64,000 bases of DNA from Malacoraja senta (Eukaryota). The stretch's first letter is position 1, and each line of letters starts with the position of its first letter. This document shows positions 26,046 through 40,014 of this stretch, piece after piece. Under the pieces are notes generated by a model. That model saw only the letters and a program-made list of their open reading frames with translations. It was not told the DNA's origin and made no database searches. Both the position numbers and the translations under genes were made by a program. Location of the stretch: contig CM075978.1 of the NCBI GenBank assembly GCA_038087875.1, forward strand, positions 75,144,001 to 75,208,000. Direction: 5' to 3'.

Positions 26046-27437
26046 ATCCAAGAAATCCAAGAGAGCACACCTCCAGCAGCAAATGAGATCAGAGGTCATT
26101 CACAACAGCAGAATATCATTTAGCACCGAGAGAAACGGCAACTCGCATGCCTCTCACCGCAGATAAAAACTGAAAAGATTACTGACGATTCTGGAGGATG
26201 GATTCTAATGGCACAAAGCTGCAAGTGACCCTAGAACCAGCAAAACCCCTCAACTCATTCAGAGATAATGATACATTAGTGTACACCAATAATCTTCTAT
26301 GAAATTTTGGTTATCAGAACTATTTCAAGCCATCTTTTCCTCTCTCCTGCTATAAATTTGTGATATATTTAATTGGTACAACTATTTGACATTTAGTCAG
26401 TGATCTCCCAGATAGGTGCATTCCAGTCCTCCGCCCACAGTAAGCAGAAAATTGCTCTCTTCTGGGGAAATCGTAGTTTTAGAAGACGTATTCAAACTTT
26501 GCAATATTACAGAAGCAAGCAGTCTATTTAGTTAAATACTCCAAATGCCTTATGCTAAATACTCTACAGGTATTATAATATATCACATCTTTCACACGCC
26601 CTTCCAGCCTAGGAAGCCTGCCAAAACCACATTTCAGTGATCAACATTCATGGCAATCATTGCCAAATATATTTAACTGCCATGTCCATTTACCTGGCAC
26701 AGCACAGATGTAAATCTGTAAAAAAAGGTGTCCATTTTCAGGATCTGCATGTTACTGACATCCCTAATTACTCGTCATAAGGTGGTGGTGAGTTGCCTTC
26801 CTCAACTTCTGCTTTCCTCAACTGCTGCTGTCTTTCTGGGAAAGGTACTCACACGGTGGTTTTGCTTAGGGAATTCCAGGACATCACAGAATATTTGTAG
26901 ATCAGTAAGTTTTCAGACTTTTATTTTGGAAAACTGTATTCAAAACAAACAAAAGGCAAGTTTACCCACCCATATGTTTGAACTAAAGTGGGTGTCCTGA
27001 TTTGTGATGAAACAGACCCCTTGAGTTCTGATGAGGCCTTTTCCCACATATTAGGTATAAACCGAAACCCTTTAAAAGGTAAACAATGCTGAAAGAGATC
27101 CACGCCCTCCAAATTAGACAAAGTTCAGACTGAATTGCTAGAGGCCATAAGGTATGCAACAAGACAGATAATTCATCGGGAATTATATAAAGCACTTGCG
27201 CAATAGCCTGTTCCAAGGGGCAGGGCACAATTCACAAGGATTTGTATAGACTACTACAAAATGACTCAATTAAGAAGATATTTACCTACCCAAACACAAT
27301 GTTCACTGACCCATAAGAGCACCTGATCAAGCAACACTATGTTTGTGATTCTCAGCCTTGCTTTATACTCCATGTACAACCTTGCTCCTCCCCATCTCTG
27401 TAGCTTCCAGCACACTTGCAACCTTCAGAGATCCTTA

Positions 27438-27694
27438 AGGGCCTGTCCCACTTGGGTGTCATTTGCGCGTCACACTGGTGGCGCGCGAAGATTTTGTGAA
27501 TCCCAAAATCCTGGGGCGCCGCACGCGACTGCGCGTCACTGCCTACGTCACCACGCACCATGCGCGCGTAATGCATGCCATGCGCGTGTAATGCGCACAT
27601 AACTCGAGTGTCACGACACGCGCGTTGTGCATCGTGACGCGTAAATGATGTCACGTAAATGACACGCAAATGATGACCAAGTGGGACAGGCCCT
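27438..27694. mobile_element. PIF/Harbinger-type MITE (257 bp) inserted in an L2-like relic
   Basis: TIR agggcctgtcccacttgg / ccaagtgggacaggccct; TTA TSD (27435-27437, 27695-27697). Confidence 0.92.
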
Positions 27695-27954
27695 TTACAC
27701 ATTTTCAAGTCTAGCCTCTTGCATATCGGATGGCTCCACCACTAAACTTTGCCTTCAGTTGCACAAGTCCTATCCCCCCAGGAGTCACTTACTAAACCTT
27801 TCTGCCTCTCTCTGTTAAAACCCTGTTCTACTCTTTGCTTTTGGTCACCTACCCCAATATGAACATGCAACTCAGTGTCAATTTTGTTTGATATCATTTT
27901 TGTGGGTATATTTTATCATTAGCAAAGACACCGCTTTGAAGCACTTCAGTTCGC

Positions 27955-27990
27955 AGTCTGAAGAAGGGTCTCGACCCGAAACGTCGCCTA
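27955..27990 (+). ncRNA. Minimal type I hammerhead ribozyme motif (PLE-associated)
   Basis: CUGAAGA (27958-27964), extra A, stem II gggt/accc, GAAA (27978-27981), palindromic acgt and GUC triplet. Stem I is weak; activity untested. Confidence 0.65.
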
Positions 27991-28048
27991 TTCCTTCGCT
28001 CCATAGATGCTGCCTCACCCGCTGAGTTTTTCCAGCATTTTTGTCTAC
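27956..28048 (+). mobile_element. Penelope pLTR fragment with intact hammerhead core
   Basis: TSD cttcagtt(c/a)gca; starts gtCTGAAGAagggtctcgacccGAAAcGTC. Confidence 0.88.
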
Positions 28049-28984
28049 CTTCAGTTAGCAAACTGTTCACTTTGGTGAGAATAAGAACAATGACATAAAG
28101 GTGGGAGTGGAAATATTCAGTCAAAGTATACACATCAAATAAATCATTAAATCAAAAGTTTTCCAAATGGTGATGTCTGAACTTACAATTGTATTTTTCT
28201 CCATAAATGGTACATAGCCCCCAGAAAAGAAGGGTACTTTTGTTTTTAGCCCATATTGTATTGCTCCAATTTCAGGACACCGTGGGTGCAGGCTACATAC
28301 ACCCTTACAAAGCTTAAATTTGTGACTTCTGCAAATCTTCTTTGCTACAAGAAGTGATATCTAGGACATGCTACAATAAAAATCCAGTACACTCGTAAAA
28401 ATGAGGAAGGCAACTATAATGAAGTGATAATAATGTACTAGTAATGATAATAATGAAGGCAACTGCTTTACTGAATAAACTAATCACTCGGTTTTGTCAG
28501 GTGCTTTTGTTTTGGGGAAGATCATTTTCAACTGAAGGTTCCAAGCAAGTCAGTTGAAAATAATGCTTTGAACTTCGATGAGATTGTATGCAAAGCACAC
28601 TGCCTTGAGGAAAGTTTGAATAAAGGGTAAAGGTTAAAGGAGTTGTAGTTAGCAGTGATGAAGTATAAGATTCCCCAGTATTGGTCAGGTATTGAGAATC
28701 ATCATTTCTTATGTGACTCAATACAAAGTAGTCAGATACTAATCAGGTGGGGGAGGTAATTCAAGGGAGATAGCGCAGAAATGACTGTGTCAGTGGGATA
28801 AAAATATGTACGTGGGCAGAAAATGACAGATAAAAAATGGATGTAGAAAAAATGCAAAGTACCTCACATTAAGTAAAAAAAATATCTGATCCAGTGATCC
28901 TGGTAAATTGAAAGCGCACCTTGTTCAGTATATGCAAAGACAGTCAATAAAACTAAGGGCATGTAAAGTACACAGCTCTCAGTA

Positions 28985-29900
28985 CACGGTCAGTGTGCTT
29001 CCCATTGTACGCCTGCAGAAGGTTGAAAGAGTATTCGGCAATGTGCCAAATTTCCACCCACTTCTGAGGAGGTAGAGGCGTGGTCAGCTTTCTTTGTGAT
29101 TGCATCAATTTGTTGGGGCCAGGGCAGATCATCAGATATGTGTAGGCCCAGGAACTTGAAACTGTTGATTTTCTCCACCTCTGTCCCGCCAATGAGGACA
29201 AGTGCGTGTTTCCTCGACCTTCCCTTCCTGAAGGCAGCAATCAGCTCCTTGGTCTTGCTAACGGTGAAAGCAAGATTATTGATTAACCGGAGTTCAACCA
29301 GTTTATTGATCTCCTCCTAAGCTCTGACCCGTCGCTATCTGTTATTCATCCAGCAATGGTGGCATCATCGTTGCATTTAAAGATGGCTTTGGAGCTGTGT
29401 CTGGATGCACAGTAATGGATGTAGAGATAGTAGAGCAGGGTCTGAACACACAGCCTTCAGACGCTTCTGTGTGGATGGTTAGTGAAGAGGTGTTGATGGA
29501 GCCAATCATACTGATTGAGGTCTACCGATGAGGAACTTGAAGACCCAGTTGCAGAGCCAGTCCCTGAGCTTGACGATGAGTTTGTAAGGGATGATGATGT
29601 GAAATGCCGACCAGCATGGCATATGTGTTCCTGTTGTCCAAGAGGTCCAGCGCAGAGTGGAAGCCAGTAAGATCGCACCCATTGTTGCTCTGTTGTAGGA
29701 GTAAGCCAATTGAAGGGGATCCAGATCATTACTAAGGCGGGAGTTCATTTGCATCATAACTAATCTCTCAAAGAACTTCATCACAACGACATGAGTGCCA
29801 CCAGTCGGTAATCATTCAGTATGTCGCCTTGCTCTTGTCAATGCAGATGGGGACCTCAGACCGTAATAGTGAGAAGTTTAAGATGTTAGTGAAATCTACA
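28985..29900 (-). mobile_element. Rex1/Babar LINE RT fragment
   Basis: Minus ORFs MMKFFERLVM...LDPLQLAY and EKINSFKFLGLHISDDLPW. Confidence 0.88.
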
Positions 29901-29914
29901 ACTACTGTCTACCT

Positions 29915-30120
29915 CTTTGATGACCCTCGGACTAAATCCTTGATCGGACTTTGCTGGCTTTACCTTGCACTAAACGTTATTCCCTTATCATGTATCTATA
30001 CACTGTAAATGGATTGATTGTAATCATGTATTGTCTTTCTGCTGACTGGTTAGCACGCAACAATAGCTCTTCACTGTAACTTAGTACACGTGACAATAAA
30101 CTGAACTCAACTAACTAACT
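29915..30120 (+). mobile_element. Rex/Babar-type 3' UTR fragment (second copy at 63110-63400)
   Basis: tgaccctcggact...ccttgcactaaacgttattccc...gtacacgtgacaata shared by both loci. Confidence 0.75.
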
Positions 30121-33100
30121 AAAATCTCCAGCCAGTTGGTCTGTGCATGTTTTAAGAACGTGGTCAGGTACACCATCAAAGCTGGATGGTTTTTGAGTGT
30201 TCACCCTCATGAATGCACAAGAAACAGCTACTGAACATTGAATCTTCCAAAGTTGAAAATGGAATCTCGGGTACATAATTTAGTCACAGAACCTCTAAAA
30301 TAATCAGTTCATTATCAATTAAAATTATCTAAAAGTGTATTTGCCTCCATCAATTAAATATTTCTGTTGCTTTAGATCTACCAGATGAAATGATGGAGGT
30401 AACAATGGTTAAAAGACACTTGTACAGGTACATGTATAGGGAAGGTTTGGAGGGATAAGCAAGTGGGACAAGCTTAATTAGGCATTTTGGTTGGCATAGA
30501 CAAGTTGGCCTGAAGGGCCTGTTTCTGTGCTGCATAGCTTTATGACTCAATCCAAGAGCGTTGTTTACAATGGCTGCAATCTGCAGGTTTGTTTTTCTAT
30601 CAGTGCAATAATTACAATCTTAAATCCATCTGGAATGATTTTTTCATGAATTCTAGATTTAATTTAGTGAAACGTTCACTGCTCATAACATGCTGCTAAA
30701 ACAAAACCTAGCTTCCACTTTTAAAAAAGCGGTAACGCAGAACTCAGTTGCTGTTGCAGTTGTTAACCTAGAAAAAAAGCCAGTTAACCCTGCGTCATTC
30801 CTGCACTACACAAATCTACCTAGATAATGTTGAAACCAATAGCTACTATAATAAATATCCTAAAAAATACAGAACTCGGCCACAACTGCAATGAATAACC
30901 CAGGCAATGTAAAGCACAACCAGCTACATATCTAACAGAATAATTATTAGACTAAATGTTAAAGAGGCCCTGACAGACAATGTCAAATCAGAATGGACTG
31001 CAGATCTAGCTCAAAATTCCAATAATGCCCTCTGACATTCTGCAGTGACTACTGTAATAAACAATACATCTGGTATCCATTTGCATTTGAATGATGAGAC
31101 ACTGAACAGATATTAGCAAATACCAGACAAACTGCATAGAATGTGGGCACTTGTCCCAATAAATTGCTGGAGTTGCTACCTGGGTTTATTTTATAAACTC
31201 GGCTAAAACCTGGGGACATCTTGTACTGATGATTTAGGGGTGGCATTTTGCAGGTTGATCCCAGTTTTTATTAGGGTTGCTAAGACTGGCAATGCCTTCG
31301 CAGACAAGAATATTCATGAACGTTCGTGCTCGGCAATCAACGCTGCCGCCATGGAGAGGACTGCTCTCCCCTCTCAACCCTACTACCACATGCCTCATTG
31401 TACAATAGAATAGATACCAGTTTTGAAATGAGCGACCCTTCCCTGTTGCCTCTAACATTCCATGAAGGCTATGCTTGCTCACCTACTTAATATACCCCAC
31501 TCTTTTGGCATACTTCCCGAACCAGAGGGAGGTTCCAGGTAAAATAAACAGAAGAAATAAAATATTCTGAGCACCAGAGCATTCCCAGAAATGGTATTTG
31601 TCAAACGTTTTTTTATAAAAGACACAGCCTATCGCTAACATTCATACATGCTGGTTACCAAACAACAGAGATACGATGCCCAAAGTTACCAGTCATTTTC
31701 TTTTAATCTACGAAAACTCTTCTTTCACAAAATGTGGCAGTTTTGGGCTTTTTTATTTAATACATTAGGATATAAAATCAAAGTATATAAGAATAAAGAC
31801 ATTGTATATAACAGGATTATGACTGTGTATGTTGTTTAATATTGCCCTGCCTTTAATCACACTTCATAGAAAGATTACTCTTCGTCTCATTTCCCAATAT
31901 CACACCAGTGAAGATTAGCTGGTATTATTCTTGTATCCATATCTTTTTTTCATCCCTTGTGATAAGGGCACAGCCAGAAGGATGTTAAAATTGGTAAAAT
32001 AATCTATGAATTTCAGATAACATTCATCAGCTGCTTAAGCTTTCCGCTCTCACAGGTATGCATAATTCTGAGTGTGGGATTGGCACTGTCGAGTGGATCC
32101 GATGTGAAGTGTTTGCTTTTAATCACACTGCAGAATCAAAACAATTTTTTAAAAACTCAGTGTGTTAATGTCATTGCAATTATCACTGTACAGTTTATTT
32201 AACCAGCTTTTCACTTAATAGTTCTGAAGCAGCCAACGAAAACACTAACAAGGACTATCAATCAGAAGACCAAAAGGACCATTCATTAAAGCACTGATTA
32301 GCCAATATTGCTTTTAGGTCAACATTATTCAGTTTGGTCTTCTAAATCCGTAATGGAGGCACTGTTTTTGAATCTCTATGCTTAGTCAGTACAGGAATAG
32401 ATTTTATACTTAAAATCTAAATACTAAATACTAGCCCCACCGCTAATAAATGAATGGTGTGTTTCACACTGTCTTCCCCTTTGCTCTTTCATAGCAGTTT
32501 AACTGCTGAGAAATCAAAAAGAAAATCAACTGAGCATAAATATTTAATAATAAAAGGGAGTGCATTTACATATTTGGGACATAGATTTTTGATTAGAAGA
32601 CATTTTGTTTGTGAGATGGATGTATTTTAGGTTTTCATAACGAATAAAGATTTCTTAAACGTGCACGTTTCTTAGTTAGGTCATGAACACAGAATATCAA
32701 CAAATATTGGACCAGAGCACATTGGGCTCTTACATTTAAATTTACATAAGTCCACTTTCATGTTTTTGCTCTCAAATAATAACATGCGTTATAATGTATT
32801 GAATTACTGCAAGACTAGTAAGAGACATAGCCCCAGAGAAGTGGCTGTGACTGTAAAATACCAGTAGGGCTGGATTTTTTGGCAAGCCATTAACTACTAA
32901 AGTGCTCAAATAAATGAGTAGCTTTAGAATTTATTTCAACTTCCTTTTTGTGGTCTGTTTTGTTTACTGTGTTCTTAAGAACAGAAAATAAAATAGATAG
33001 TTATATTAGTACTACCACAATTGCGTTTTTAAATGTGACACCTGTGCTGGCAGTATCTATAGAGCAGAATTTTTTAGCAGATGGACTTTTGAGCAAACAT

Positions 33101-33600
33101 AGATTAAAAATCAATCACCACAAACAATGTTATACAACCTTTAGAAAGACCAGATCCAGAGTTTTGTAGCTCAGCAACATTTTAACCACAACAATATCAT
33201 AAAACTGCATGGTGCATTTCCTCAGGCTCGACTAACCACTGAAGTCTTGTAGGTACAGTCCACTGACCCAAAATAAACCTTTACATTAATGTGAATTTTA
33301 AGGCTGGTGCTTTATGTCATAGACTGTTTATGAAACATGACTATTTTTCAATCTTAGAAAACTATTTTCATTTTGCAAAAATGCCTTTTAGTTTTTTTAC
33401 TTCAGAATTGAAACAGATATCAGGGGATTAAACTGTAAATGCACATGATGAAATTTCCGTGAATATCATGTGCACAGAATAGCTAATGGTTAAACGCAAG
33501 TCTAAAAATCTAAATAACAAATTGGATTATGCACAACGGCAGAAAAGCATCGGAGCAAAATACAAAATAGTAGCTTTTTGAACAAGCCTATTCCACCAGG

Positions 33601-33907
33601 TTTAGTTTAGTTTAGAGATACAGCGTGGAAACAGGTCCTTCGGCCCACCGAGTTCGCACCGACCAGAGATCCCCATACATTAACCCAATCCTACACAAAC
33701 TAGGGACAATTTACACTTATACCAAGCCAATTAACCTACAAACTTGTACGTCTTTGGAGCGTGGGAGGGAACCGAAGATTTTTGAGAAAACCCACGCGGT
33801 CACGGGGAAAACGTACAACCTCCGTACAGACAGCACTTGTAGTCGGGGTCAAACCCGCGTCGCCGGCGCTGCAAGCGTTGTAAGGCAGCAAATCTACCGT
33901 GCCGCCC
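33601..33907 (-). mobile_element. HE1-like V-SINE
   Basis: Same family as 16258-16575, with a small 5' deletion. Confidence 0.9.
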
Positions 33908-35410
33908 AGTTAGATCATGGCAGATCCATAACACAACAACATGTACTTACCTCAGTTCCATTACTCTCATTAACTTTACCCAGCCCCAAAACAAAATCAA
34001 TCTCAACCTCAAGCTTTCAATTGTTAAAACTTTAAAAGATTTATGAGAGATTTCAAGATGTAGACTTTACCTAGCTCCTCGAAGCCAAAATTCGTTAACC
34101 ACCACTCACGCCCACTTCACCACCCATCCAACACCACCTCGATGTTCTCCGATGACCGGTCAGGTTATTTTTCCCAAATACCCGCTTTCCCCTTATACTC
34201 CAACACCTCCAAATATCAATGGTTGCTTTATAAACAAGAGCTGGAGCAGCATTATCTGTAATTTATATTTCATCCAATTATCAACGGCCTTCTCCAACCT
34301 CATCTAAATCTGCAAAAGCTCCAAATATAAGTCTGAAACAATATGAAATGAACAGTTCAACCCAGCTTTGGACTCGCTTTGATCCCCAAAACCAGTCTGA
34401 AGTGGATTACATTGATATGATTAAACATAATCAGCTCAGTTAATCTTCCTAGGATTGGATATCGGTGTGGAGTTTAATGTATTTCTATACTTTATCTGAT
34501 ATTTACTTTAGACGGGTCTCAAGAAGGGAAAGAAATGAAAATTAATGAAAAGAAAACTGAGGTGGAATAAAAAAGCAGAATTTTCATTATATGTTATTGT
34601 GCATCTAGTACATTCCATTCACAGGCCGCTGTTTTTCCAATGGAAAGTGACAAGCAATTAGTTTTAATGCGAGAGGTGTGGAAGACAGTAGCTCGAATTA
34701 AATATTCCCATTCGTCACATACAGAACAGGTCAGCAGTTCCACCAGCAACTCGAGACAGCAGCCACAGCACAGGATTTGTTTGGACTTGCAGGTACTTTT
34801 GAGACAGCCTAAAAAGCAGCTGTCTGACCCAGAATCATTCAGCAGCTATGGCAACTGGGTGGGCCAAGTTCAGACTGGACAAACTTTTCAACCAATTTAA
34901 TCAACGCTGCGCTCCTTGTCCTCCTGATATTTGCAGTCTCCACCTTTTTATTTTCAATCAGGTACTTATTATTCAGAACTGCAATGATGGGTGTTGGTCA
35001 CACAACCACACAGATGGCGGAGGGTGTGGATGGACTTGACACAGCCATTGGGCCACATGCACACATCCCCTAGCTTTAATCCCCACAACAATTCCAAGGA
35101 TGTATTGTGTTTATTTATAATCTCTACATATTGCCTCAATTTGTCTCCTTTAAGTAGAACTTACATTACAAATTTAGAAACTGCATTCATAGCAAACTTT
35201 AATTGAATCCACACAGGAGCTAGTAAATGCTGAAATGCAGGTTAATTTTATTCAGGAAGCAGTTTGAAATCTAAATATAGACTTGTTCAGGTCCTATGCT
35301 TGAAGCACTCAGAAATCATTATCAATATACTTCTCTGGGCCTTTAATAAACACACAGGGCAAATATTAACATGTAAAATGCTTAGCATATTCAGACAAAT
35401 CTCAACTCTT

Positions 35411-35501
35411 GTGTAGGAACTACAGATGCTGGTTTACACCGAAGATAGACACAAAATGTTGCAGGAACTCAGCGGGACAGGCAGCATCTCTGGAGAGAAG
35501 G
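35411..35501 (-). mobile_element. 91-bp Penelope pLTR fragment with 13-bp TSD
   Basis: TSD aatctcaactctt at 35398-35410 and 35502-35514. Confidence 0.88.
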
Positions 35502-36401
35502 AATCTCAACTCTTATTTAACTTGAAGCCTAACTTTTTAAAAATAAATACTAAAGTGAATAAAAAAGAATTTTGGATACAGCAATGTGTAGTTCAAGAAC
35601 ATTAATCTTATGCTCCTTAATCAAACAAAAGTTGATGTTGGATACTGTATTATGTGGCTTTGTAAGCTAGACCCTGTTCTAGAAATCCAAAGCACATCGA
35701 GCAGGAACACGGTAATGACATGACCTAGAACAATCCTAGCATAAACCTTACACACGTCATTTGGTTAAAAGTTGAAACAATTTATAAAGAGCCAGAGAGA
35801 GGTAAATATCTCCATTAGCTGTTCTTCCAATGAAAATAAATGAAGATTTGAATACAAGACAGATACATTGGAAAATTATACATTAAATGAGATTATGAGT
35901 TGACTTCTGAGTTATTAGAATGATCCTAACCTCTATGTAATTAATTTTCCTCAAAAAAAATTTCAAATCATATATTTGTGTTTGGAAGTATTACCCTGCG
36001 AGGGAATGCAGTAAAGATGGGTGACAGATCAAGATGCAGAGATAAATCACTGGCACCACTGCAGAGGAAGGTGGACGATAATCCATCCGTAGAAGAATGT
36101 GAAGCATGGACTAAAAGGGGAGATTGGCAGCTGAATGCAAGCCTTTACTGGGTGAAGATTAGTTAGAAGTTGGGGCACAGCATGCAAAAGTTGAAATTTG
36201 AGAATTGAGTAATCCATGTAGAGTCCAAGGTTGTGGAGAGACCACATGGAAATGTCAAAGTACCAGAAGTGTGCTGGGAATGTGGAATCTCAATAAAGAG
36301 TATTTTTCAAAGGCCATGCATTGCTGACTATTCAAGTGTTGCCAAAAAGGACTGAAGACATCTATTTGCTGTAGGACAGCAAGTTTTACAAATACTATAT
36401 G

Positions 36402-36537
36402 ATAGAAACATAGAAAATAGGTGCAGGAGTAGACCATTCGGCCCTTTGAGCCAGCACGACCATTCAATATGATCATGGCTCATCATCCAAAATCAGTACC
36501 CAGTTCCTGCTTTCTCGTTAGCCCTAAAAGCTAAATC
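36402..36537 (-). mobile_element. CR1 3' tail fragment (similar tails at 22620-22722, 30395-30548, 37800-38035)
   Basis: tagaaacatagaaaataggtgcaggagtagaccattcggccc. Confidence 0.85.
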
Positions 36538-38875
36538 TTGCTGATATGGCAGCACGATATAAAGGCAGGCTTGTACATTACTGATGAGGCTTACAGCTCA
36601 TTGCAAAGTTGCTAAGTAAGCCTGTGACGCAGGCTAACATCTTTTTATAACTGGTATTACACCAGGGTAAAACTTCCCAGAGTGGAGGACAATCCTTTGG
36701 GAGAAGCCAACACCACAATATCATTTAAGTGAGGATTGTGCAGTTTTGGAGCAATGGGAATATTCCCCACCCTCAACAGAAAGTATCTCAGAACGAATAT
36801 CCTGAACTTACTTTGTCAATAACAGTGAACTGGTTCACAGGAGTTTCAAGATGAGGGGCTGTACCATTGAAAGGAGTTAATAATGCACCATGAGTTGGAA
36901 GGAAAAAGGTTCAGCATGAGGTACTGAGATTAGATCATTTTAACGGGTCTGGCCTAGATGATATTGCTGCAAAAGATGAGACCATTTAATTGTTTATGGA
37001 ATCACTGAACATCCTGAATGAGCCAAATTAAGTTGGATGCATTAAGAGAGGAATTTGTTGCAATGTGGATGCAGTTCAATAGTTCAGAAGATGCTATGTG
37101 AGTGATCAATAGGCTCACTGATATCAATCCAATACACGGCTGAAAATAGCTATAACCAAATTGTAAGCAAAGGAGCTAATCCAGGACAGAAAAGTAAGAA
37201 GAGATGAGTTTGTGACTTCAACAGTGTCTCTATAAAGAAAAAACAGCTGTCATTTAAAGGCTCTCAATATCGAAGTCAGGAATGAGAGGCAAAGTGGAAA
37301 TAGTGCACAAACATGGATATGTTTAAAAAATAAATACATGGTTGGGTTCATGGCATATAATAGTATACCAAATACACAAATGTACAATACATTACTCGTG
37401 TTATGTTTAATGTTAACAGTTGTCGTTCAAAATACAGGCATAGTACGATGTACTTATAGTTTGCATTGCTGCGGACACAATTATGTTCAAGTAGCAACTG
37501 TGGTATGAAATTTCATTTGATAAAATATTTTGCAGATTTGGAACCCTTCCTTAAATTTAAGAAAGGCTGTTCAACTCATGAGTGATTTCATGAGTAAAGT
37601 GTTTGTAATTGGGATGACAAAATATATTTTGTGAGAAATATTACTATATAGTATGTAAGGGCGTGTGCGTGTGCGGGTGCGTGTGTGTGTGAATAATCAG
37701 TTAACAAACACGTTATAAACATAGAGTGAAAGCAGGGTATAATAGGGTAAGGACTGATTGAAATTAAATGCCGTTGATGCCGGCTGAGGGAGGCAGTGAA
37801 ATCATAAGGTCATTAGTGATAGGAGCAGAATTAGGCCATTTGGCCCAACAAGTCTACTCCACCATTCAATCATGGCTGATCTATCTCTCCCTCCTAACCC
37901 CATTCTCCCGTACTAATCAAGAATCTATCTATCCACTGACTTGGCCTCCACAGCCTTCTATGGCAAACAATTCCACAGATTCACCATCCTCTGACTAAAG
38001 AGATTTCTCCTCATCTCCTTCCCAAAAGAACGTCCTGCGAACTGTAGTTGGTCTATCCTTAGAAGTTTTAAATAAAAGGAGATGAATGAGAATTGAGGAG
38101 AGAAAAATCACTGCTGGATATGAAAGATACAAAATGCCGCCATTCCTGAAAACATAAAGTAAGAAATACTGTTGAAAATTAATACCAAGCAGTCCATGTA
38201 GCATCTGTGGAGAAAGGGAAACTGAGTTAATGTTATACATGTATTTCACAGGGTGAATACACCTTGTGTGGCAGCACTGTTGATGTATCAACAAGATACC
38301 TGTCGATACTAGCCACTGGTAACTGGGGAAGCTGGGCGTCGACTGCCTGAGTAAACGGCAGTATCAAAGAGTTGCCTGACATTGCTCGGATGGTGGTGGG
38401 AGTGGGAAGAGCGGAGGGAATAGTAGTGAAATGACATGGCAGGCCATTGAACCAGAAAGCCACACCTTCCACATAGTAAGTGAGAGCAAAGAAAACATTG
38501 CACCACTCAAGGTCACGTTACCAATAAGGAATGAGAAAGTGACCCTGGGTAAACATACTATCAGTGTTGCAGCCTTATTATCAGAAGTCAACAGGACATT
38601 GATCACAGCCCATTCGATTTGGCCATATTTGGAGAGTTATTCTCACCAGTTCTGAGTGCTCTGGATACCTTTGAAGTTGGAATTTTTCACAGAAATGAAT
38701 AGTTGAGACGGTGAACGCAAGTATGACCTACTTTTTCTGCTGGCACATGGGATATCACAAGCCATTACTTCACACTTATCCCCAGAAAATCTTGACTGCA
38801 CAATGTTATGGAGCTGCAGATTAATCTTTTACAGAGAAGTTCCTCTGCCTTCAATAATTAGATCAAAGCACTTAC

Positions 38876-39680
38876 CCTAATGGACAGAGAGCAGGCCCGG
38901 AGAGAGGGGGGCAAGAGAGGGGGCAAGAGAGGGTGGGGGGGGGGGAGCGAGAGGTCAGGAGAGAAGGGAAATAGAGAGGTGGGAATGAAGAGGAGGTGGA
39001 AATGGAGAGGGGGAATGGAGATGGGGAAATTGAAGTTGGGGAATGGAACAGGGAATGAAGGGGATAACTGGAGGGGTAAATGGTGGCGGTGAATGAAAGG
39101 GGGAATTGAAAGGGCAAATGGAAAGGGGGAATGAAGAGGTTGAAAGAAAAATCCAGGGAGGCTTGAAAGAAGAGCAGGGGGGATAAGGGCCAGGTGGGAG
39201 AGTGAGGAAGGGAGGGAGGGACAGAGGAAGAGAGACGGGGGACAAAATCTGACGGAAATGGCCGATTTGCCCCACTGAGCATTGTTCCGCTTAATAGCTT
39301 CTGCATTAACTGCCAAATAAAGTGGTTCTGCTTCCACATGTCAAGCACCTGCTTAAACCCCAATAGACCAGCTTGAAGATGAGAATTCTCACACATACAC
39401 ATCTTTGTTCGAAGAGAGCACAGAATGAAATCACGGGCAGGTATTTTAAAAATATCCACAACCTGCGGAACTAATACTTTGGTACTATCACTATTTGCAT
39501 ATACAGTTTATAAATAACTTGCCTGCATTTCAACAACTCCATCTTCGCCACGACTAACTCACTCCTCACAGGGAACTATGTTGCGACCCAGAATAGGTTT
39601 AAAGAACCCACCCGCCCTCCCCTTCTTTGCGCAAGGGGGGCAATCAGAATTTTAACTATTGGTCGGGAACCTAATTTTAA
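38876..39680 (-). promoter_or_regulatory. Candidate minus-strand promoter and pyrimidine-rich first exon
   Basis: Reading minus: CCAAT (~39660), GC box (~39611-39617), TATAAA (~39507-39512), octamer ATGCAAAT (39493-39500), CT-rich tract, donor AGG|GTAAGT at 38876/38875. Confidence 0.4.
38895..39245 (+). repeat. Purine-rich (GA) low-complexity tract
   Basis: ~350 bp of mostly G/A with many GGG runs. Confidence 0.9.
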
Positions 39681-40014
39681 TATTGTGCTTGTTCTCAAGG
39701 GACCTTTCATGGAAGGAAGGAAACTTCTAAGATCATGCTGTCCTACTTCACACTAGGAAGTGGAACCAAACAGGTCTCAGCATGTTGACGGGTTGATGAT
39801 GTCATCAACACATCTAAATCACGACATGGGAGGGAGGGAGGGTGGTGTCAGAGAGGTGAATGGCACAGTCGGCCTCCTGTAATCGAAACAACTTTGACTA
39901 GCTAATCCTAACACCAACGGGTCCGTTCTATTTTAAACAGCAAATTAACTTAAAAAGGCAGAGGGGTGGAAGGGGGAACAGAGTGGGGGTGAAAGGGAAA
40001 TCATTTGTACTCAC

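Noticed and set aside
25374-26099. 241-aa ORF as a host gene
   Set aside because: It is the CR1 ORF2 C-terminus; the first ~18 codons are flanking sequence.
33941-33960. Strong minus-strand donor GAG|GTAAGT
   Set aside because: It lies in a decayed CR1 3' tail with no matching acceptor.
38858-39459. 159-aa and 195-aa Pro/Ser/Leu/Phe-rich ORFs
   Set aside because: Produced by the pyrimidine tract; open in several frames, no domain.
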